Origin: Yuukianura sp. NJ FZ-2021
Lineage: Eukaryota
Length of the DNA stretch: 64,000 bases
Assembly (NCBI GenBank): GCA_046563655.1
Contig: CM102285.1
Location: 12,090,001 to 12,154,000 of the forward strand
Reading direction: 5' to 3'
In this document: in pieces, positions 1-9,788 of the stretch
Numbering within the stretch: the first letter of the stretch is position 1
How the letters are laid out: each line of letters begins with the position of its first letter
Made by a program: the position numbers and the translations under genes
The notes under the pieces: generated by a model
What the model was told of the DNA's origin: nothing
Database searches by the model: none
Seen by the model: the letters and a program-made list of their open reading frames with translations, nothing else

Positions 1-764
1 AATACTTTCGTTTTTCCCCTTGACCCAGGGAAGGGAAAATGCGTGTAACAGGAGGTTAATGACAAGTTGTAAACTTTTTCTGCAGCTTCTCTTAGAATTT
101 TGCGAAAAAAAAAATGGTCTCAACAGGATAACATCTGCTTCACCTTCAACAATTTCATGCTCTTCAACTTTACCTTATAGCTTCCCCCGATTTCAAATCC
201 AATGGAATCCGATTGGCAACTCCAAATCTCTTTTCACAGAGATCAAATTCATTTGAACGACAAAATTCAGACCTTGCGCTACGAAATTCCAGGAAAATCG
301 TCTCAGAATATCCAGAAGCAAAGTCTAACAGAATTGCGAGGTGTACCAACAAGAATACAATATCTAGCCATAAGAAGTTACCAGAGATGCTTAACGATAT
401 CAATTCATGCAACAAAAGCCCTTTTTAAAGAACGTCCCAGCAGAGAACCACCTTGGCAAAAAATTTGAAAGTAGAAATTTGAAAATATGACATGAAAAAT
501 ATGAAAAAAATTTATTCAAAGCCCAGAAGCACCATGAAACCGAAAGACAACAATTTCCAGTTGAGAGAAGAAGAAAAAATCCCAAATAGCACCACCAGTT
601 CCACCAGCGAAAAGCCAAAAAACGAAAAATTTAAATTGCAAAAAAAAATCCCAGTAGCGACAAACAGAAATTGAAAGATTTCCCCAGCAAATGCAGAAGT
701 TTTTTAGAAGACGATGCTGTATCTTGATCCGATGAAGATTGGACTTGAAGATGAAGATGCTCAC

Positions 765-931
765 CTAGGGCAAGGTAACTTTGTCTTTCGAGTAGTGCAG
801 CAGCAAGTACTTGACACATTGGACTCAATTGAGCATTACAGTAATCCTGGTCGTTGCAACATTCTGTACACTTGTCTATGTCACCTACTGCTGGACACTG
901 TCGAACGTCGAACAGACCGCGCCCAGTGCAG
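765..931 (-). CDS. babo: babo alternative ectodomain exon, third copy (divergent, 7 Cys)
   Basis: ttccactttgtag|C TGC...; CTGRGLFDVRQCPAVGDIDKCTECCNDQDYCNAQLSPMCQVLAAALLERQSYLAL; donor G|gtgagc; 167 nt, phase 2 to 1. Confidence 0.82.
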
Positions 932-3900
932 CTACAAAGTGGAAAAAACAAAACAAACGAAATAGTAATGGGTTCACACGTTGCAAAATTCCTTCCTTGT
1001 TACAGACAAAAACGAAACTTCAAAGTTGGTAAAAAGTCAGAATTTTAGAAATACCAAAATCTATAACTCCAGCAAAGTCTTAAATACTTCGAAAATTTTA
1101 ACGAAATAATTAATTTTAAATTGCTCCTTAAAATTATATCGCACCGTACCGTACCATCGACCAAATTTTCCAAAGCTGCTGCAATAATTAGTCATTTCCA
1201 GGCATTTTTTGCTTTTAGTTCTTAACGTTCTAGCTACAGCGAAATCTACACACTACAGTAGTAATTCCAAAAAAGGAAATTAAAAACCAAAAGAGTCCAT
1301 TCACCAGTACGACAAAGCTTTTCAATGGACGCTTTGCGCAATGCAAGCAAATATGGTTAATCATCACCAAAATCAGGGAGTTCAATGTGTGCCATTCAAA
1401 AACCATACCCCTAGTTTCTTTTCTCGAATTCAAAATTGAAAACTGGAAATTTTGAATGTGCAGGATGAAAAATATCGATAGTAAGTAACTCAGCACTTGG
1501 AACCACAGAAAAACACAAGGGAATTCTAAATTATTCAATTGAGGTCAACCACAAATCGTTCTCAAACTCAAGTTCTTATAATCTGAAACTTGTGTTATTT
1601 TTCAAAGACGACGCATTTGACAGAATATCGTGGGAAACTGAATCCAAACACAAATTCAGTCCAGGATGCATGGAATGAAATAAAAAAATGCTAGCTTGTG
1701 GCTATCTACGGCATAAGTAAAATTTTAGCACATAAACTACCAATGCGGTGCATGGATTGTTGCTTACTGCTTACTGCAAAAATTGCGACTATGTTCAGCA
1801 TATAATTCGGATAATCCGATCTTAGAACAGTTAGCAGTTTAGCCATCACCAGCACAATTCCAAAAGCTCAAAAACTAAACCGTCACCAATTGCCGAGTCC
1901 TAATTTTAAACGTGCTCAATTGAATGATACCGCAATTTAAATTTTAAAAAATGGATAGGAGAGATTTAAAAAAAATTGTATTGGATTGGATTCGAGACGA
2001 AGAAGATGAATCTAGTGTCAAGTGACGATCTTGGTGGAAGATCTTACCTTTGGAATCTTTGGTAACATGAAGCGTTGGATTCAAATCTACATTACACATG
2101 TCATAGTCCTTACAGCAGAGAATGACAAACGTGTCATTGATCTGTTTGGAAGATTTACACTGCAACGGGAAGTCCTGTGGGACTCCGTTTTCCAGACATC
2201 TGTAGTCAAAACGTGTCAAACAAAAGTCTAATTCAGTTTTCTTAATAAAAAAAACAGAAAAGAAACAAGAAGAAATCCAGTATACAAAAAATGCGAAATT
2301 AAAGATTCCAAAAGAAAGTATGGTCACATCAGACTTTTTGCCAGAAAATTTAAAAAAATCTAAAGAAATTCACTACTGAAGACGTTATAATTTAAATTGT
2401 GCTCAGAACGAATGCCACACGAGTGCGAAAACGGGCAAACCTTTAATTAATTTTTTCGTGTGAAATTCAAACTTTGAAAACTTTTTTCCGACTCTAGACT
2501 GAAATTTCAGACTTCGTAACAAAATATTGACAATTTTCACTTCAAAGTGAACAATAGCCTCAAAGTTTTATGATAATGATCAAACTTCTCACGACAAGCA
2601 GAACCCTTTGAAATGGTTACTTTCACTTTACACTTCCGGAAACACCTAAATACCCCGCCGAGAATCGAATTGAATTCAGCGATATCCAATTTAAATTCCT
2701 GGTAACCTGGTTTTGGCATTAGTATTTTTAACACAGACTTGCGTCAATCTTATAGAAGTTAAATGTCAATGACCGAACCCGAAAAACAAAATTAGGCGGG
2801 TAATTTTGGCACGAAAGAAATCTTTTTTAACATTTCATTCCTCGCCTCGTAACATCCTTTCACAGATTTCGTGAAGACGTACAATTCAAAAACAAATCTG
2901 CTCGTGAGAACTATAATTTTAGCTCGTAAAGTAACAAAAGATGATTGAATTCTCAAAATAGGCGTACGAAAAACAAAAAATAGAACACGAAAATACTAAA
3001 GAAGTTGCAGAAGAATGAACCTGATGATGTTACGAAAGACGATTTTGTTACATAAACAACGCACTAGAAATTCGATTCTTTAAGATGAATAGCCCGGTAT
3101 TAAAATCATAAAATCTTTACAGCTCGATCTTACAATTCGATAAAGTCAAAACAAATAGGGCACTTCTTCAAAACGAAAGATCATTCAGCATTAATAGCTT
3201 GTCTTCTAAAATTTTATGTTTACTAACTTGAACTTCTTAAAGTGTCATTGATTTTTAAATTACTGCTTGACTCCAATTTGCTCCAGGAAGCTATTGCATG
3301 TCTTTCAAAAATCAACAGCACGCCATAACTCATTTTAAAAGTTCATGACAGGCACATCTTGATCGTAACCCGAATTGCTCCATGTACTAAAGATGCCGAT
3401 ACGCAGTGTTGTTCAAAAACTAATTACAAAGAAAACATCACAGAAATTTCGAAGTTTGACCCTCCTGACCTCTAAATCAAAACAGTAGTAAAACTAGCAT
3501 GAAAGCGTTTGTAATTTTTAATTTTACCACTAACACTAACATCTTCCTCAATCCCCTTATGAAATCTCCAATGATTCTAAAATGAAAATCTAGTTTAGAC
3601 TACACAAAGTTGTAAAACTGCCGGCGTCGCCCTCAATTCTAAATTGACAACAATTAGTAAAATTGCAAATTTTAACAGAAGAACAACGGAACGACACAAA
3701 GTGTGGTTTTGGTGCAGACGTTAGTAAATTCTGGAAACGAAACACTCCACGACCACGAGATGTTAATAAAGTGCCTTGGTGTGTAATGTGCATTTTTTGT
3801 GATAACATTTTGTGCAAAAGTGTGTTGAAAATGGGTTAGAAGTCAACTATTATGATCACTATCACTCGCCAAAGTGTTTTCAAAAGTTATTTTTGCGTTA

Positions 3901-6128
3901 TAATTTGGACAAGAAGAGAAGGAGGAGGGATATTCGATTACGTTATTATTTCTGTCAATTCATTCGAAAAAGTATCATTTTTCATCTAATATTCACTGGG
4001 AAAATGGGATTTTGGAACATCACGTTAAATGGGATGAAAAACGTTAAAAATAGATCTAACGATCCATTGTTTTTTGAAAAACAGGAACTTGTGCCAATTT
4101 AACTAACACAATCCCTAGTAGAGCCTTACCTTTATTACCAAATGTATTTTGCCTGTCGTGCACTGCAGGGAGGTCAGTGACAAGGTCTCGATTACAGAAA
4201 TCCGAGACATTACAGCACCGTGAAACATAGTCAACGTAATTTCTTTGGCACGATACTGGATTTTCACGCGGAAAAAACTTTTCCGAATCCAAACACCTTT
4301 AGAAGTTTAACAACCAAAATAACAAGTTTAGGCTCTTTTCATGTCTCATAAATATCACTAAAAACCGGAACCATTGACATTTTGTAGTAGGTAGGTTCTA
4401 AAAAATCTCGTTAAAGGGAGGAGAAACTTCATTTAACACTTTGGTCTTTGTGTATTAAAGTTTAACTTGTCTTCAAACCTGTCTAAAAACCTTCTTCACC
4501 CTACCACCGTGAAAATTTGTACGTGACCATGAGGGGAAATATGCAACAATGTAATAGTTGAAAAGTGCAAAGTGTAAACTTTGTGTTTCTAATAGTGAGT
4601 GCCGGTATGCTTATGCTAAATTCCACTTTCATTGACGTTGTCAATGTCACCTCTAACTAAATGCCAAAGTTTTACAAGTTTACGGTGAATGACACAATAA
4701 TCACGAAATGCAACTGGTTTTCTCGGATTTTACCTTACAATTGCCAAAACAATGGTAAAATTTGCCTTCGAAGTACTCAACAAGTACAAAATTAGCTTCC
4801 TACTCCTACCCGCTACCCTCAAAACATTACGCAAAAAAAGCAATCGTTATCCACAACACAACTGCAATACATGTAACAGCAACAGTCTAATTGAATCATT
4901 CAATTGCATCTCAATTTAACCTTTAATCTAAAGTTCTAAAGACCCACGCTAAACCTAAAAGCGTAGCGTTAAAGTAATTGAAGTTAACCGCAACTTAAAA
5001 AAACTGCTTTGTAGTATACTTTTTTCAGAAAAAAAATCTTTGATGAATTGATTCAATTTGCAGCAACTGCTGTTCATGCCTTTGGAAACTTTGATCTGCG
5101 TCAACAGATTTCATTCATTTCATCCTGGGAAACATTTCCACTCCTTTTCCACCAATTCAAAAATGCAGAAATATGAAACTAACTTTAATCTCACGACAAA
5201 AGTGAAAACCTAAGCGTTTTTTTTTAAACTTTAAAAACACAAACGTTGACTGTTATGCAAAAATCCGAGGGTGGGCCACCAACTTTCACCACGTTAGCAT
5301 TTCTAAATTTTTGAGTTCTCAACCATGCTAACGTCAAAACTCTAATAAATGCTGAATCGATACCTGAAACCGTTGTTACCTATCCACATTCAACAATCCA
5401 CACAAAATCTTAATCATTTCTTCCACACTAACCCAAGGCTTACGTCCGTCCTAAGCTGGCAATCATGGATAATTACAAATCACACCGATTCTGACTAATT
5501 CTCGGTAAAGTTAGTTGACCTAAACGTTCCTGTTCTTATACTTAAGATTTTCCCTTCATCTATGCCGGAAATCGCGTTATTTTACCCAGATTTCACGAAA
5601 ACCCTACTCGAATCTCGATTAAAACCAGCAAATTGAGCAAATCAAAAAATGTTTGAAAATGGATTTTAAGTTTAAGGTGAGGAACGATTCCTCAGGACGT
5701 TCATTACCGATACGAATGGACGATGACATGAGTGTCTTTTTCCATAGACGTTGACGTAAAACAGAATCCATCGACCGTCTCGCACGTATGGTTAGTCTCA
5801 ACACATGTGTCACATTTACATTTGAGGCCTACAAAGGTTTACACAAAAACATTAGAAGTCATGACACGGGATGTCATTAAAAATCGGGCCTCCGAATTTT
5901 GGTGGGAGTGGGACCAAACCGCCAAAATTTGCGGTAAGACAGGCGTTAATTGGAGTTGGAAGTTTTCGGTTTTAGGTGACGCAGGAAAAAAGTGTGGATG
6001 ATGCTGAATGCAGACAAGCAAAAAGCAAAGATAAAATTGATAGTACTTTTCTTACCATTGACTAGAAGACTTTGTAGAGAGCACAAGACGACGAGACTTT
6101 GAATGATCATTATTGACAAATGATGCAT
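765..6128 (-). CDS. babo: Activin/TGF-beta type I receptor (baboon/ALK4-5-7 class), 5' partial; extracellular domain only, gene continues past window start
   Basis: Exon 6056-6128 (signal peptide), exon 5708-5828 (GLKCKCDTCVETNHTCETVDGFCFTS...HSYR), then one of three alternative exons each ending in the CC-x4-CN cysteine box. All junctions are GT-AG and phase-consistent (1, 2, 1). The KCxCDTC..N..CET.DGFCFTS pattern closely matches Drosophila Babo as I recall it. Confidence 0.88.
2048..2199 (-). CDS. babo: babo alternative ectodomain exon, second copy
   Basis: ctacag|A TGT...; CLENGVPQDFPLQCKSSKQINDTFVILCCKDYDMCNVDLNPTLHVTKDSK; donor G|gtaaga; 152 nt, phase 2 to 1. Confidence 0.88.
4130..4296 (-). 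CDS. babo: babo alternative ectodomain exon, first copy
   Basis: ctaaag|G TGT...; CLDSEKFFPRENPVSCQRNYVDYVSRCCNVSDFCNRDL...GNK; donor G|gtaagg; 167 nt, phase 2 to 1. Confidence 0.88.
5708..5828 (-). CDS. babo: babo coding exon 2 (N-terminal half of three-finger ectodomain)
   Basis: Acceptor tttgtag|, donor CG|gtaatg; 121 nt, phase 1 to 2; encodes 5 Cys. Confidence 0.92.
6056..6128 (-). CDS. babo: babo coding exon 1 (signal peptide)
   Basis: caaaATG start with an in-frame stop just upstream; MHHLSIMIIQSLVVLCSLQSLLVN-G hydrophobic leader; donor G|gtaaga; 73 nt, phase 1. Confidence 0.85.
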
Positions 6129-8502
6129 TTTGACTTAAATTTAAGACTTTCGACGAATGTACAATGTTGGTGTTAGGTTTTCAAATGCTGTTTGAAGTGT
6201 ATGTGTAGAAAGTGTGGGTTTGACAGATTGGATTGACCTGTGGAACTTTAGCACTTAAAAATTTGTGTTTACCCTAAATCTTTCCGGGTACAACAAACTT
6301 CTTAAATGAGGGTTAACGACAGACGAATTTCCTATTGTTCTGAAAATACTTTAAACTATGTCCAGGGAAAATTTACAAGGACAATTAAAGTAACAACGTT
6401 AATAGTGTAATGAGGAAGTTCTTAGGATTGTGTAAGGTAATTTCTAAGAAGTGTTAAAAGTCTGTAAAGTGTCTGTGGTTTCGTTAACGTTAGGACAGCA
6501 AAGTCAGCTTCCGTTAGGCAGCCCCGGTGCTCTGATGGTCCAGATCTATGAAATGGCAATGAGACAGGGATGCTGATCCAGAACGAGATGAAGTAGATTT
6601 CGAAGGTTGAGGGTGTTGTAGTGGTAGATGTTGTTTGACCGAAATCTTCCGACCTAAACCTACCTTCTGACTTATGATGAAGAGGGTGAGGGTTGGCTGG
6701 AAAGAGTGCTGTAAGGTCGACGAATCCTGTTGATTCTTCAATATATAACGTAGTTAGTTGAGGGCTCCGTCAGTCGACGAGGGGAAGAAAAATGCTTGCA
6801 GAAAGTTGCGGATCTTTGATATTCGATGATATTTTTCTGGTTGCAAAAGTGCAGCGTTAACAAAAGATGAGCCTCGGAGAGTCAGGATCAGTTTGACTCC
6901 AATCCTCCACGCAAAAAGGTTATCTTCTTCGTCCACAACGACTTGAATTAAGTCAGTTAATCATTGATTCACTTCACTATTTCAATTCCAGACAAGTCCA
7001 AGAAGTGCACTGAACGGCCAGGAATACTACACCAGTTGTCGTAGTGTTAATTGTTGCACATTTAGCACAATTTCTAATTGCTTCTTCAAGTGTTCAAGGA
7101 CGGTGACCTGTCGTAAGTGAGAGTTTCACCAGATGTGAGGTAGTTGCTGGCTACGCGAATCAGTAATCACTGGAACTGCTGTTAGTAGTTAGTAAGTGAA
7201 CTTGACTCCAACTTGGACTATCCAAGTTCCGAGAAAATGTTGATCAGCACTAATCGGTAGTGTCTCGTGTTTGGATTTTGAAGAGAAAATTGCTTCCTCG
7301 GCGCTACTTCTTTGTTATGACTGGAACACGCAGGAAAGTTTTCTGTTATGAATCCAATTCAGCACAAAATTATTGGAGCTTTATGTGCGTCTCTGATTGA
7401 CAACGATAAGAATTCTCTGCATCTGTATGTCCTTCCAACTTGTTAGTCTTTCCCAGACAATTGGTCATGATTAGCTAGAACAAGAGACAAAGATTTATTA
7501 AATTAGTTTAAACGCTCAGAATTATTGCATCCCCAAATCAGGAAAAATGGTAAAATTCAATTACTTAGTAGACCTAGACTGTAAATTTTAGTAGACTACT
7601 ATGAATACACTCATCAAGCCAGTGTATCCAGACACCGAAACCAATATATTATGTACTTATGTATTACATTCTCCAGTGTCCAAGTGAGTTATACATTAAA
7701 AAGGTAACTGGACCTACATAAACTGAAGTTTACTCAAACGGCGCTTTACACAATCACTAGCCCGCGGGTTGACTCTTCGTCCAGTCAACGTTAGTACAAC
7801 GTTTTCCCTTCAGGAACACTGTACCTATGTACCAGAGTTCAACTCCAATTACTCTTAATTAATCCGTATCATAATTCGCAAACCGTAGTACTACTTATAC
7901 CGTTGTCAGCTGATTACGCCAAAGTAATCTTACACGAATGAATGAATACTAACCCTCTCTACGTTTGTACCTAAAATGTTGGCAGTAACGGTACACTGTA
8001 GGATTCTTATGTATTAATATCAAAACGAGTCTCCTCACCTCTCACATTTGAAGATGAAGATTCCAGAATGAATTAAGACGTAAATGATGTTCACTCCACT
8101 GGTAAAGAATTCAGAATTGAGTTGACTAGTGGATCCTTTGATGATGGTTCGTTTCACTGGGGGCGATGGGGAATGAGTTGCTATTCCAGGTTTCAGGATA
8201 AGATGAAGAGAACAATGGGCCTGTAAATGTAAAACTGTTGTTGTTATGTAAAGTGTTAAGTGTGTAACACCTCTTCAGTGCAGATTAGCTCCGAGAGAAC
8301 AGAACAGAGTAGACACGAATCTCTGTGGTAGTAAATAGTCCAAATTCCTTAGAATCCCTGTCCCAAAATTAACTGCTGTCTCCCTGTGCAAAGCATAAGA
8401 AAAAAGCAAAGGGAGATACGAGACAGGGAATCCCCGTCTGCTCTCCCAATGCCCTTCCTCCAAGTGCAATGGCTTTTGCCATATGGTTCAATTGCCAATT
8501 TG

Positions 8503-8828
8503 TCCCAATCCCAATTTCAGCCATGGCTAAAACCGGCCAAAACGTATCTGCCGGCCGGCGCAAATATGCAAATTGCAAATTCTGCAACTTGCTGAATAGA
8601 AAATCGTGCAGCACTGCAGTGCTAAGCTATGCCGCATAAAAATTAAAAGAATTTCACTCCATTTTCTCGTAACAAAAGGAATCTGTGTACCAAAAGCTTG
8701 CAACGCAAGAGAAAAAGTTTTGCAAAACTCTTTCGGTATGCAAAACTAAAGCATTTTTGGTTCTCAATTTTAGTTTCTGAAAAATTAGAACAACGGATCT
8801 TTTGCAGATCCTGAAATTGGGATTGGGA
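8503..8828. repeat. 18-bp perfect inverted repeat pair, 290 bp apart, between the Egfr 3' end and the babo leader
   Basis: tcccaatcccaatttcag (8503-8520) and ctgaaattgggattggga (8811-8828); extends imperfectly outward; no target-site duplication seen. Confidence 0.7.
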
Positions 8829-8867
8829 GAGTTGGAAAACGCTGAAAATGAAGGGAATTGAATTAGT

Positions 8868-8873
8868 TTTATT
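8868..8873 (-). terminator. Candidate Egfr polyadenylation signal AATAAA
   Basis: Minus-strand AATAAA about 0.9 kb downstream of the Egfr stop, at the end of an AU-rich 3'UTR-like stretch; supported by position only. Confidence 0.4.
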
Positions 8874-9788
8874 TTCTTAATTACTTATAATACTAATATC
8901 ACAGTCAAATTAACCCTAAAAGATAACTTTAAAATCCCTTTTTGTTATAATAACAACTACTAAAACTAGCCGTATTAATATCGAACTTTAAAGATTCATA
9001 AGGGTTTAGTTACAGAAGCCTGTTTCGTTTCTTGGAGGACACTGGACAATGGTTAAAAGGCACAAAGGCAAGCCATTCTGATTGAACTTAAAATCCTAAA
9101 CTACAATTCTAAAAATCCTACTTTTAAAATTGTTACATTAGGATTGTACAAATGGCAACAGTTTTTTTGATTGATTTTTCGGATTGATTCTAGTGCTGAT
9201 TGATTGTAAATAGCAGCAATTCAATTTTAAAATTTGAAAAATTTGCTAATTAAAACTACATTTTCTACCTGCTACTACTAATTTTTTTTTTTTTTTATAA
9301 AATCGATTATACTGCACGAGTCCTCACCATATTAAAATAAATTACTATTACGCAATTTCCATTCGATCGATGTCTTTTGAAACCTGCTTTGCTTTTTGTA
9401 TAACAATACGTTAAGCCACTTGTAAATTATTTGTACATCATAGTTTGACTAATGCACGCAGTTTGTGAAAACCAAATCTAAAATGATACTTTTGATAATT
9501 TTGAAACCTAACGCTTCTAACCCCATTAAAAAATTAAAAATCCTCGACAAGTTAAACATAACGGTACGGGAAGAAACTTAAATCAAGAAGCGTAGGAGAT
9601 GGGATTATAAAGCTTGGAATTGATCAGACCTTAAAACTTACCTGGAATTATAGTTTACAGAGAACACAATTTACAACCAAAAATTAAAAATAAAACGTAT
9701 AGGATAGCTTGTAAAAAATAAAAACTGCATAAAGTGGAATTCTAGTTTGAACAACTTATTTCTACAAAGTTAAAAATTTGGTCAGTAT

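Noticed and set aside
170..415. Possible fourth babo alternative exon (ORF with FCRSNEFDLCEK)
   Set aside because: No CC-x4-CN box, no Cys after the candidate phase-2 acceptor, and no phase-1 donor before the stop.
5000..5100. SSCCKLN reading on the minus strand in babo intron 2
   Set aside because: Lacks the following CN and suitable splice sites; chance Cys-Cys.
6514..6936. ORFs 6514-6741 and 6754-6936 as separate genes
   Set aside because: They start at TTG or GTG, show no recognisable domain, and lie in the probable babo 5' leader.
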